A stretch of 64,000 nt of DNA from a virus, in IMG/VR virus record IMGVR_UViG_3300023548_000002, positions 1 to 64,000 of that record; one strand, given 5' to 3'. Positions 51,318 to 59,944 of the stretch are shown here, one piece after another. Both the position numbers and the translations under genes were made by a program. Position 1 is the stretch's first letter; each line of letters starts with the position of its first letter. The notes beneath the pieces were generated by a model. The model was not told the origin of the DNA. It saw nothing but the letters and a program-made list of their open reading frames with translations, and did no database searches.

Positions 51318-51382
51318 CGGATCGCGGCTATACTTAGTGCGTAATTTTAACATTAAATATTAATTTAAAAACATAAATAAAA

Positions 51383-51685
51383 ATGGGTGAAAATAAATTT
51401 TTAAACGAAAATGGTAGAGCATTAAGTATAGCCGATGTTATGAGCAGTGCTTTAACCGAAAACGAAATTAAAATAGCACAAATTCAATCTGCCATAAAGA
51501 AACTTGGATATCAATGGCAAGAACATCAATTTAATGATGGATTTGATGAAGTCTTTATTGAAATAGCAAAAGATAAAGACCCTTCCGCAATTGATAGACA
51601 CAAGGAAGATGCTGGATGGGGTAGGTTTGGCAGATTGACAGCTTGGACAATGGCTTTAGAGTGGGCGATTCAGCATTGCTCATAA
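51383..51685 (+). CDS. Hypothetical cassette-like ORF
   Basis: 100 aa with RALSIADVMSS junction peptide. Stop lies inside CTCATAAC. Confidence 0.65.
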   Translation: MGENKFLNENGRALSIADVMSSALTENEIKIAQIQSAIKKLGYQWQEHQFNDGFDEVFIEIAKDKDPSAIDRHKEDAGWGRFGRLTAWTMALEWAIQHCS

Positions 51686-51718
51686 CTCAGAATATCCGCA
51701 ATAAAAAAATTTAATATT

Positions 51719-51955
51719 ATGAAAATAAAAGCAACAGTAGTAGAAATACTACAAGACAACTATCAAGGTGGTTCTGGACTACCAATAAAAAGGGATATTA
51801 TGGTTAATATACCAGACGATACAATAGCCATAAATATACTTGACGCAACTTATGTTAATGTCAGGGAAAAAAGATTGAATAAAATGTGGGGAGATGGTTT
51901 AAAAAATACACCATACCTGTCAATAATTTCAGTTGAGATACTTCCCACCGCTTAA
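51719..51955 (+). CDS. Hypothetical cassette-like ORF
   Basis: 78 aa, followed by TTGCGCATAAC. Confidence 0.6.
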   Translation: MKIKATVVEILQDNYQGGSGLPIKRDIMVNIPDDTIAINILDATYVNVREKRLNKMWGDGLKNTPYLSIISVEILPTA

Positions 51956-52010
51956 TTGCGCATAACTATTTATATAAAAGTAATTTATTAACCAATAAAT
52001 ATAAAAAATT

Positions 52011-52268
52011 ATGGAGAGTAAATTAAGAAGATTAATAATGCTGTATGGAGCAGCCACAATGATTAGCGATTTTGGTTATGAAACCACCTCTGAATATAAA
52101 GAATTGACTGACGAACAAAAAGCAGAAATAAAAGCCATTGCGGAACAAAAGAAATTAGAACGCCTTAAAAAACAAGGTGTAAAAGAATATTTCTACGGAG
52201 ATAAAGTTATTTATGCCTGTAATAAGAAAAATGCAGATAGAAAATCACGAAAGAAAGGTTACTTATAG
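52011..52268 (+). CDS. Hypothetical basic protein
   Basis: 85 aa, C-terminal IYA.NKKNA.RK. Confidence 0.6.
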   Translation: MESKLRRLIMLYGAATMISDFGYETTSEYKELTDEQKAEIKAIAEQKKLERLKKQGVKEYFYGDKVIYACNKKNADRKSRKKGYL

Positions 52269-52362
52269 CCCTTGTTATATTGCATTTTAATTCAACATAA
52301 TTGTGCAGTGGGTTTTTATTTTTAATTATCCAAATTAGCTTTTTAATAAAAAATAAATTATT

Positions 52363-52575
52363 ATGAAAAAAAAAATAGTAATTTTATTAGCAATACCTTT
52401 CCTAATTCTTTCCTGTAAGACAAAAGGAATTTTTAGAGAAATAGATACTGAATACAGTGGAAACACTTATGTAGTAGTTATTGATAGCTGTGAGTATTTA
52501 TATATAGAAATGCACAATGTAAGATTATTTTCACATAAGGGGAACTGCAGATTTTGTAAAATACGAAATAATTGA
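52363..52575 (+). CDS. Putative small lipoprotein
   Basis: MKKK + hydrophobic stretch + LSC lipobox. IDSCEY...HKGNC.FC. Confidence 0.6.
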   Translation: MKKKIVILLAIPFLILSCKTKGIFREIDTEYSGNTYVVVIDSCEYLYIEMHNVRLFSHKGNCRFCKIRNN

Positions 52576-52703
52576 TTAATTATAACAGGAATAAATATAA
52601 TCTACAGAACTCAGAAATAATATTTATAGTTAAAGAAATAATTAGAAGAAAACGAAAAACCAATAATGTGTTGTAGGGTTTACATTTAATGCAGAAGTAA
52701 AGC

Positions 52704-52919
52704 ATGGAACCATTTAAAGAATTTAACGACAATGATGTCTGCCCTATTTGTGGAGCAAGTGAAAATAAAGATATTGTTCTAATACAAATAGCAGGAACAC
52801 AAAAAGCTAATATATCACAAGCTAAACAAGTGCATTTAGAGTGCTTAGTAAATACTGTGATATATTATCCAAAAGAAAGAGTAATAGGTGCATATGCGCC
52901 ATATAAAAAAGGAAAATAA
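52704..52919 (+). CDS. Small Zn-binding protein
   Basis: CPIC...HLEC. Confidence 0.6.
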   Translation: MEPFKEFNDNDVCPICGASENKDIVLIQIAGTQKANISQAKQVHLECLVNTVIYYPKERVIGAYAPYKKGK

Positions 52920-52940
52920 CCACTTAAATTAATTAAAACT

Positions 52941-53342
52941 ATGAAAAAGTTATTAGTATTAGCAGTAATAAGCTTATTTATTACAAGCACAGTAAAAAGT
53001 CAAGTAAAAACTTATACATTAAGTGATGTAACTGTAATTTTTACAGATTCATTAACCTCACTGAAATCACTCAAATTTTATCCGAATCCAGTTACAGTAA
53101 AGATTGACGAAAAAGAAACTCTTGCGGTAGTAGATATAGAAAAAGCATTTTTAGCTATTTATCGCATTATAAATATTTATACATTTGAAGATAACTACGG
53201 ACGTCCTTACACTGTATATCTAATGATAGATGTGGTGAATAAGAGTTCAGCGGCAGTAAAAGTTATTGATTCTTCTTATGTTATCTATACTATTGAGGAT
53301 GTTATAATATCAGGACCTGTAAAAGAGTATTCAGTAAACTAA
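52941..53342 (+). CDS. Secreted/periplasmic hypothetical protein
   Basis: Sec signal MKKLLVLAVISLFITSTVKS-Q. Confidence 0.6.
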   Translation: MKKLLVLAVISLFITSTVKSQVKTYTLSDVTVIFTDSLTSLKSLKFYPNPVTVKIDEKETLAVVDIEKAFLAIYRIINIYTFEDNYGRPYTVYLMIDVVNKSSAAVKVIDSSYVIYTIEDVIISGPVKEYSVN

Positions 53343-53371
53343 CTCTTTTTATCTGATAAACTATAAGACAT

Positions 53372-53409
53372 ACTACATTCTGATTATGTAATCAGAATGT
53401 AGTTTTTAT
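53372..53409 (+). terminator. Perfect 15-bp inverted repeat/terminator
   Basis: ACTACATTCTGATTA-TG-TAATCAGAATGTAGT followed by T-run. Confidence 0.7.
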
Positions 53410-53457
53410 AGAGTTTTATATTTTGTAAATAATTAATCAATTACTTAAAAGTTTAAA

Positions 53458-53943
53458 ATGATGGCAACCACAGAATTAAAAAAGCTCGAAGAATTAATTG
53501 AGCAAGACCCAAATAAAGTTGATTGGGAATGGATTTCAAAATATCAAGAACTATCCGAAGAATTTATTGAAAAATATTCCAATAAAATTTATTGGAGGGA
53601 AATTTCAAAGTATCAAAAATTATCAGAAGAATTTATTGAAAAACATTCTGACAAAGTTGATTGGTATTGGATTTCAATGCACCAAAAATTATCTGAAAAG
53701 TTTATTGAAAAGCATAAAGATAAAGTTGATTGGAAACGTATATCAATGAAACAAGAACTATCAGAAGAATTTATCGAAAAATATTCTGACAAAGTTGATT
53801 GGTATTGGATTTCAATAGTACAGAAATTATCCGAGGAATTTATTGAAAGGCATTCTAATAAAGTTAATTGGGAATGGTTTGTAAAACTTCAAAAATTATC
53901 TGAAGAATTCATTGAGAAACATTCTGATAAATTAACTAAATAA
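53458..53943 (+). CDS. Tryptophan-repeat protein 3 (6 repeats)
   Basis: Same 23-aa repeat. Confidence 0.9.
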   Translation: MMATTELKKLEELIEQDPNKVDWEWISKYQELSEEFIEKYSNKIYWREISKYQKLSEEFIEKHSDKVDWYWISMHQKLSEKFIEKHKDKVDWKRISMKQELSEEFIEKYSDKVDWYWISIVQKLSEEFIERHSNKVNWEWFVKLQKLSEEFIEKHSDKLTK

Positions 53944-53954
53944 AAATAAAAGTT

Positions 53955-54782
53955 ATGAAAAAAGAAGAATTAACAAAGCTCGAAGAATTAATTGAGAAAG
54001 ACCCCAATAAAGTTAATTGGTATTGGATTTCAATTCACCAAGAATTATCCGAAGAGTTTATTGAAAAATACTCTGATAAAGTTGATTGGGAACGGATTTC
54101 AAAATATCAAAAATTATCTGAAAAATTTATTGAAAAGTATTCAGATAAAATTGATTGGTTTCTGATTTCAAAATACCAAAAATTATCTGAAAAATTTATT
54201 GAAAAGTATTCAGATAAAGTTGATTGGGAATGGATTTCAAAATATCAAAAATTATCGGAAGAATTTATTGAAAAGTATTCAGATAAAGTTGATTGGGAAT
54301 GGATTTCAAAATATCAAAAATTATCTGAAGAATTTATTGAAAAGCATAAAGATAAAGTTAGTTGGTATTATATTTCAATTCACCAAAAATTATCGGAAGA
54401 ATTTATTGAAAAACATAAAGATAGGGTTGATTGGTATTGGATTTCAGTTGAACAAAAATTATCCGAAAAATTCATTGAGAAACATTCTGATAAAGTTGAT
54501 TGGCATTGGATTTCAATATCCCAAGAATTATCTGAAAAATTTATTGAAAAGTATAAAGATAAAGTTGATTGGGAGCAGATTTCAATACACCAAAAATTAT
54601 CTGAAAAATTCATTGAAAAATACTCTGATAAAGTTGATTGGGAATGGATTTCAAAATATCAAAAATTATCGGAAGAATTTATTGAAAAGCATAAAGATAA
54701 AGTTAATTGGTACTGGATTTCAATTTGGCAAGAACTTTCTGAAGAATTTATTGAAAAGCATTCTGATAAATTAACTAAATAA
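53955..54782 (+). CDS. Tryptophan-repeat protein 4 (11 repeats)
   Basis: Same 23-aa repeat. Confidence 0.9.
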   Translation: MKKEELTKLEELIEKDPNKVNWYWISIHQELSEEFIEKYSDKVDWERISKYQKLSEKFIEKYSDKIDWFLISKYQKLSEKFIEKYSDKVDWEWISKYQKLSEEFIEKYSDKVDWEWISKYQKLSEEFIEKHKDKVSWYYISIHQKLSEEFIEKHKDRVDWYWISVEQKLSEKFIEKHSDKVDWHWISISQELSEKFIEKYKDKVDWEQISIHQKLSEKFIEKYSDKVDWEWISKYQKLSEEFIEKHKDKVNWYWISIWQELSEEFIEKHSDKLTK

Positions 54783-54793
54783 AAATAAAAGCT

Positions 54794-55279
54794 ATGAAAA
54801 CAACAGAATTAACAAAGCTCGAAGAATTTATTGAGAAATACCCCAATATAGTTAATTGGAGTGAAATTTCAAAATACCAAGAATTATCTGAAAAATTCAT
54901 TGAAAAGTATTCTGATAAAGTTGATTGGAAATGGATTTCAAAATACCAAGACTTATCTGAAAAATTTATTGAGAAACATTCTGATAAAGTCGATTGGAAA
55001 CAGATTTCAATCTACCAAGAATTATCTGAAGAATTCATTGAAAAACATTCTGATAAACTTGATTGGGGACAGATTTCAGTCTACCAGAAATTATCTGAAA
55101 AATTCATTGAAAAGTATTCCGATAAAGTTGATTGGATTTGGATTTCAATTTACCAGAAACTATCTGAAAAATTCATTGAAAAGTATTCCGATAAAGTTAA
55201 TTGGATTTGGATTTCAATTTACCAGAAACTATCTGAAAAATTCATTGAGAAACATTCTGATAAATTAACTAAATTTTAA
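54794..55279 (+). CDS. Tryptophan-repeat protein 5 (6 repeats)
   Basis: Same 23-aa repeat. Confidence 0.9.
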   Translation: MKTTELTKLEEFIEKYPNIVNWSEISKYQELSEKFIEKYSDKVDWKWISKYQDLSEKFIEKHSDKVDWKQISIYQELSEEFIEKHSDKLDWGQISVYQKLSEKFIEKYSDKVDWIWISIYQKLSEKFIEKYSDKVNWIWISIYQKLSEKFIEKHSDKLTKF

Positions 55280-55293
55280 TAAAAATAAAAGCT

Positions 55294-55914
55294 ATGAAAA
55301 AAGAAGAATTAACAAAGCTCGAAGAATTAATTGAGAAAGACCCCAATATAGTTGATTGGAGTGAAATTTCAAAATACCAAAAATTATCTGAAGAATTTAT
55401 TGAAAAGCATTCTGATAAAGTTGATTGGGAATGGATTTCAAAATTCCAAGAATTATCTGAAGAGTTCATTGAAAAGCATTCTGATAAAGTTGATTGGAGT
55501 AAAATTTCTGAATACCAAAAATTATCTGAAGAATTTATTGAAAAACATAAAGATAGGGTTGATTGGTATTGGATTTCAGTTGAACAAAAATTATCCGAAA
55601 AATTCATTGAGAAACATTCTGATAAAGTTGATTGGCATTGGATTTCAGTTGAACAAAAATTATCCGAAAAATTCATTGAGAAACATTCTGATAAAGTTGA
55701 TTGGCATTGGATTTCAATATCCCAAGAATTATCTGAAAAATTTATTGAAAAGTATTCAGATAAAGTTGATTGGGAGCAGATTTCAAAATATCAAAAATTA
55801 TCGGAAGAATTTATTGAAAAGCATAAAGATAAAGTTAATTGGTACTGGATTTCAATTTGGCAAGAACTTTCTGAAGAATTTATTGAAAAGCATTCCGATA
55901 AATTAACTAAATAA
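55294..55914 (+). CDS. Tryptophan-repeat protein 6 (8 repeats)
   Basis: Same 23-aa repeat. Confidence 0.9.
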   Translation: MKKEELTKLEELIEKDPNIVDWSEISKYQKLSEEFIEKHSDKVDWEWISKFQELSEEFIEKHSDKVDWSKISEYQKLSEEFIEKHKDRVDWYWISVEQKLSEKFIEKHSDKVDWHWISVEQKLSEKFIEKHSDKVDWHWISISQELSEKFIEKYSDKVDWEQISKYQKLSEEFIEKHKDKVNWYWISIWQELSEEFIEKHSDKLTK

Positions 55915-55925
55915 AAATAAAAGCT

Positions 55926-56234
55926 ATGAAAAAAATTAAAGTTGACCCTGACAAAGTTATTAAAATCGAGCCAAGAATGATTAAAGAGAATTTCGCCAAT
56001 ACAAAAAAAGCTATGAAAACAATTAAATTAAAAACTGAAAAAGATGTTAAGAAATTCCTAAACTCAAACGAGTTAGGATTTAACAAGAATAACGTAATTA
56101 TAAATGGAATTAAACCCATTCTTGGATTTAATGTATCGAATAAGCACATAACATATTATAGTTCCGAAAAGCAAGCAACACAAGTATTAACTTCCCGTAA
56201 TGGGTATTTTATTTTAGAGAATTATGAAATTTGA
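55926..56234 (+). CDS. Hypothetical basic protein
   Basis: Uses the same 11-nt spacer and start context as the repeat genes. Confidence 0.55.
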   Translation: MKKIKVDPDKVIKIEPRMIKENFANTKKAMKTIKLKTEKDVKKFLNSNELGFNKNNVIINGIKPILGFNVSNKHITYYSSEKQATQVLTSRNGYFILENYEI

Positions 56235-56580
56235 TGAAATAAGTTTTCCTTTGTATATTGATAAGAAGGAACCTGAAATTATACGAGACAGTAAACATAA
56301 TATCTTCCTAAAACTACCAAGTAATTATGGAGACATTGCATTTGATATTATGTCTTTCTTTAATCTAAGAAAAGAGTGGATAGATGGTGAAAGAATTTCA
56401 ATGATTGACTCCATAGATAAAGAACAAGTATTAAGAGACGAATATAAATATCATTTACTTGGATACAAATCTTATAATGACTTTAAATTAAAAGAAGGGA
56501 AAGATTTAGTTCCTTGTAAAAGCTGTGGAGTATATTATTGGAAAGACTGCCACCCTAATTGTGATTGTGAATTAAGCTAA
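56224..56580 (+). CDS. Hypothetical protein with C-terminal Zn-binding motif
   Basis: CKSC...CHPNCDC. Confidence 0.6.
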   Translation: MKFDEISFPLYIDKKEPEIIRDSKHNIFLKLPSNYGDIAFDIMSFFNLRKEWIDGERISMIDSIDKEQVLRDEYKYHLLGYKSYNDFKLKEGKDLVPCKSCGVYYWKDCHPNCDCELS

Positions 56581-56735
56581 AAATTTTAATTAAGACTTAT
56601 AGAGAAAATAATAGGGAAAGAACAATATTCTTGGAGAAGAATGCAAAAATTATATGCTTACTTGGAAATAATAACAAGGAACTTAGAATTCTCATAATAT
56701 TTAACTTATTTTTAACTTATTAAAACTTACAAGTT

Positions 56736-56876
56736 ATGTTAAATAAAAGATTGTTAAAACGGATAGAAGAAATATTTCAAGAAAAATTACAAGTTAAAAC
56801 AGGTTGGGGAAGGAATGAAATATTAGAATTATACTACCAATCTGTAAATGAAGCTTTAATGGAATTATTAGAATAA
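56736..56876 (+). CDS. Small hypothetical protein (46 aa)
   Basis: MLNKRLLKRIEEIFQEKLQVKTGWGRNE..., below the ORF-track cutoff. Confidence 0.5.
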   Translation: MLNKRLLKRIEEIFQEKLQVKTGWGRNEILELYYQSVNEALMELLE

Positions 56877-56892
56877 CTAAAACTAACTAATT

Positions 56893-57093
56893 ATGTTATC
56901 ACAAGATTATACACTATGTACTGGATGTCCCTTAAAAGATAACTGTGAAAGATATGTATCTTATGAACATTTATCTAAGCAAAAAGATATGATGTATATA
57001 GTCGTCTCTGTATTTATGGATATTCCTTACGATGAAAAAAGAGGAGAGTGTGAGTATTTAATTCCTATAAAAAATAAGAATAACACGTCTTAA
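56893..57093 (+). CDS. Small Cys-rich phage protein
   Basis: D.TLC...CPLKDNC.RY...CEY. Confidence 0.6.
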   Translation: MLSQDYTLCTGCPLKDNCERYVSYEHLSKQKDMMYIVVSVFMDIPYDEKRGECEYLIPIKNKNNTS

Positions 57094-57136
57094 AATATAA
57101 AAAGCTAATAGTTATTAACAAATTAACCGAGTAATT

Positions 57137-57313
57137 ATGGACAGTAATACATTCAAAGAGCTTAATCCTATTGGAACAGAAGTAGCATATCACGGTAGAG
57201 ATATTAAAATTATTTCTTACACTACTGACGGATATGCTATTATTTTGGATTATGCTACAGATGAAGAGAGAGTAATTTCTATTGAAGAATTAATAGAACA
57301 AAACTATGATTAA
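57137..57313 (+). CDS. Small hypothetical protein (58 aa)
   Basis: MDSNTFKELNPIGTEVAYHG..., below the ORF-track cutoff. Confidence 0.5.
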   Translation: MDSNTFKELNPIGTEVAYHGRDIKIISYTTDGYAIILDYATDEERVISIEELIEQNYD

Positions 57314-57402
57314 TTTCTTTTCAATTATTTTTATTCCTACGGTAGTAATAACATTAATGCTGTTATTACTATGGGAATACATTAAATATAAATGGAATAC
57401 AA

Positions 57403-57639
57403 ATGACGAAACCACACGTAACAAAAGAAGAACTTGAGCGTTTTGAGAAGTTAAAAAAGAAATATGACCTTCCTGTATTAAATCAATTAATAGATGATTA
57501 TTTAGAAGGTAAAGATTATGGGAAGAATATCTTTATTATTCTTTATCAAGGAGTATCCTGGTATGATATAATGTCTATTTCTAAAGATTTCTCATATTGG
57601 TGGAGATTAAGTTATGATTTTGCAAAAGAAACATTATGA
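57403..57639 (+). CDS. Hypothetical protein
   Basis: 78-aa ORF. Confidence 0.55.
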   Translation: MTKPHVTKEELERFEKLKKKYDLPVLNQLIDDYLEGKDYGKNIFIILYQGVSWYDIMSISKDFSYWWRLSYDFAKETL

Positions 57640-57726
57640 CTATACTTGGAAAATATAAAGCGTACTTAAACTTCTTAAAAGCGGTCAATTTCCTTAAAAG
57701 AAAATATACAAATAATATATATCTAA

Positions 57727-58056
57727 TTGAAACCAAGAAAAATCATGACATTTATTTACAATTCGGAATATGTTATTCCAGTAAGTTACTTTAATGATAC
57801 TGTAACATACACTTCCGATATAATTACGAAAAAACAATTTGAAGAAACAAAAATAAGTGAATTAAGAGACTATGACACTAAGAAAAAACTTAATAAAACT
57901 CAACAAAAAGCTCTAAAAATATATTTAGATTACATAAACCTATTAAGTTTCTTAGAAGATGATGTACTTATTCATACAACATTAAGGAAAGTATTGGAGT
58001 ATCAACAAGACCAAAAATTTTCAAGAGTAATTGATTATATTTTAGAAAGATTATAG
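57727..58056 (+). CDS. Hypothetical protein
   Basis: 109-aa ORF, start uncertain. Confidence 0.5.
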   Translation: MKPRKIMTFIYNSEYVIPVSYFNDTVTYTSDIITKKQFEETKISELRDYDTKKKLNKTQQKALKIYLDYINLLSFLEDDVLIHTTLRKVLEYQQDQKFSRVIDYILERL

Positions 58057-58167
58057 TATGAAAAAGAAACATTAATATTGTCTGAAATTGCTAAATTAGC
58101 TAAAGAAGTAGAGTTTAAAATTTCAATAAAATAGAAATGACAAAAGTTAATTATTATTCAGGTAAAG

Positions 58168-58743
58168 ATGATAGCTAATCATTTAAAAAAACATTACTTC
58201 CCTCTTCTTGTTAAAGATATTAATGCAAATAGATTAACAAAACAAGAGGCAGTAATGAAGCTTAAAGAGGTAATGACAGACTTAAAATTATCAGAACCTC
58301 AACGGAGACAATTAATTTACTCTTTTAAAACGGAAATAGGAATTCCTGTGCCTTTACAGAATACTCACAAGTATAAGTTTAAACATACAGGAGAAAAACT
58401 CTCAGATGTAAAAGAAAAGATATTAAAAGAACTACCAAAAGAAAAAGTAATTCAAATAATTGATAAAGCTATATTTACCCATGGAATTGATAAAGTTAAA
58501 AAAGCCTCCAAATTAACAGATGATGAATTAATTAAAATAGTGGGACTTGAAGCATACAAAGAGTATGTATATGTCTCTAAAAATCAAACAAATGAGTGGG
58601 AGAAACTAAAAACCACTTGGTTATATAATAATCAACTTCACACGAGAGTAAAGACTATCTTTAATCTCTATGAAGAAGGAATAATTGATTACGCACGTTT
58701 TAAAAAACTTATTTTAAAAATAGCTTATGAGTACTCTAATTGA
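58168..58743 (+). CDS. Hypothetical helical protein
   Basis: 191-aa ORF. Confidence 0.6.
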   Translation: MIANHLKKHYFPLLVKDINANRLTKQEAVMKLKEVMTDLKLSEPQRRQLIYSFKTEIGIPVPLQNTHKYKFKHTGEKLSDVKEKILKELPKEKVIQIIDKAIFTHGIDKVKKASKLTDDELIKIVGLEAYKEYVYVSKNQTNEWEKLKTTWLYNNQLHTRVKTIFNLYEEGIIDYARFKKLILKIAYEYSN

Positions 58744-58912
58744 TTTATTATTATTAGGACTGATTGCACTTCTTGCTTTCGTGGCAGGAGCTATTGTCTT
58801 AAAACTTTATTCAAATACATTGAACAAAGGTCATTGCACTTGTGAATCCCCACATTTTATTAAAAACTCAAATAACAAATGGATATGCACGATTTGCGGG
58901 AAAACCCTTTAG
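58727..58912 (+). CDS. Small membrane protein with Zn ribbon
   Basis: N-terminal TM, then CTC...CTICG. Confidence 0.55.
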   Translation: MSTLIDLLLLGLIALLAFVAGAIVLKLYSNTLNKGHCTCESPHFIKNSNNKWICTICGKTL

Positions 58913-59244
58913 TAAAAGATACTAAACAATTTATAGAAGAACTTATGAATAGATGGGAAAAGAAACAGAAGGAGTATCATTCATTTCTTAATCCTTACTA
59001 TTCGTTTGAACAAGCTACAGAAATATCTTTTCATGATATTAGAGAAAAAGTCCTATGGGAATACCTTACTAAACATCTGCAATCTCTAAAAGAGATGGTA
59101 AGAGCCTGTGAGTTTCCTATGGGGGACATTACTGATGAAAAAATAGATGAAAAGATAGGAGATATTGTCCTATATCTCTTTATTTTAAGAGGAATGTTAA
59201 TAGACCACATTAAACTTGACAACAATGAACAAAAAGATAATTGA
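58879..59244 (+). CDS. All-alpha nucleotide pyrophosphohydrolase-like (DUF1599/Nmad1-like) protein
   Basis: KKQKEY...F...KHL.SL...EKIGDIVLYLFIL pattern. Confidence 0.5.
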   Translation: MDMHDLRENPLVKDTKQFIEELMNRWEKKQKEYHSFLNPYYSFEQATEISFHDIREKVLWEYLTKHLQSLKEMVRACEFPMGDITDEKIDEKIGDIVLYLFILRGMLIDHIKLDNNEQKDN

Positions 59245-59944
59245 ATTTCTAAATTATTATGCAGAAGGAACAGAAAGTGAAATTCCTATTCTTTTCTCTA
59301 TTGATGCACAGAAAGAACATGGGATGGTAGATATGCAAGAAAATTGTTCTATCTTAGAGCTACGGGCTATTCATTTCCCTACCTCGTATTTATCTGTCAT
59401 AAAAATTCTCGCTATCCTTGCTCCTATTGTGGAAATGGAGAAATTATGGGAATTTGATGATGAATATGTAGAAATATTTGGAAATGGTAGTAATAGGAAT
59501 GTTATACAACTTTTGGAGCATCATTATAATACTAATCTCCATAAATTTGCAGACTTTACAGACGCTAAACTTCGCATGATAACTTTAACTTACTTAAAAT
59601 TAGCATTGATGAAAGGAGTTCCCTACGAAGGATTATATATTGTATTTACTAATTTATATAGTGGGGCTGCCTTACAAACACCTTTAAACTTTTTAATGAT
59701 GCTTACTAACTTTGGAGTGTCTCATAATCCCATTTCAGCATTAGATGCTTTTGGGATAATGGACAAGAATGACGCTCTTTCTGCAGATAAAACTGATGCT
59801 ACTCTAAGAGAGGTTAGCAAAAGTAACTGCGATGAGGTAAGAAGAATTACAAAATACTTGCTTATTAATTCTCCTCTTATCACTAAAGAAATGATTAAAA
59901 ACAATAAATTAATATTAAATAAATTCATTGAGAAATATGCTTAA
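59216..59944 (+). CDS. Hypothetical protein
   Basis: 242-aa ORF. Probable ATG at 59225. Confidence 0.6.
   Translation: MTTMNKKIIEFLNYYAEGTESEIPILFSIDAQKEHGMVDMQENCSILELRAIHFPTSYLSVIKILAILAPIVEMEKLWEFDDEYVEIFGNGSNRNVIQLLEHHYNTNLHKFADFTDAKLRMITLTYLKLALMKGVPYEGLYIVFTNLYSGAALQTPLNFLMMLTNFGVSHNPISALDAFGIMDKNDALSADKTDATLREVSKSNCDEVRRITKYLLINSPLITKEMIKNNKLILNKFIEKYA

Larger units (their letters stand above)
50449..51990 (+). mobile_element. Gene-cassette-like array with attC-like junctions
   Basis: Identical 42-bp intergenic block at 50794-50835 and 51057-51098, partial copy at 50449-50478. TAAC-ending motifs at ORF ends and complementary GTTA motifs inside ORFs. Confidence 0.55.

Noticed and set aside
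47152-55906. Long +1-frame and antisense ORFs overlapping the Trp-repeat genes
   Set aside because: Shadow frames of a 69-bp repeat that happens to lack stops. K/I/L/N-biased, with no good start context.
47115-55914. CRISPR array or DGR interpretation of the 69-bp repeats
   Set aside because: Repeats are in-frame coding units without unique spacers. There is no reverse transcriptase or TR/VR pair, and variation is not confined to adenines.
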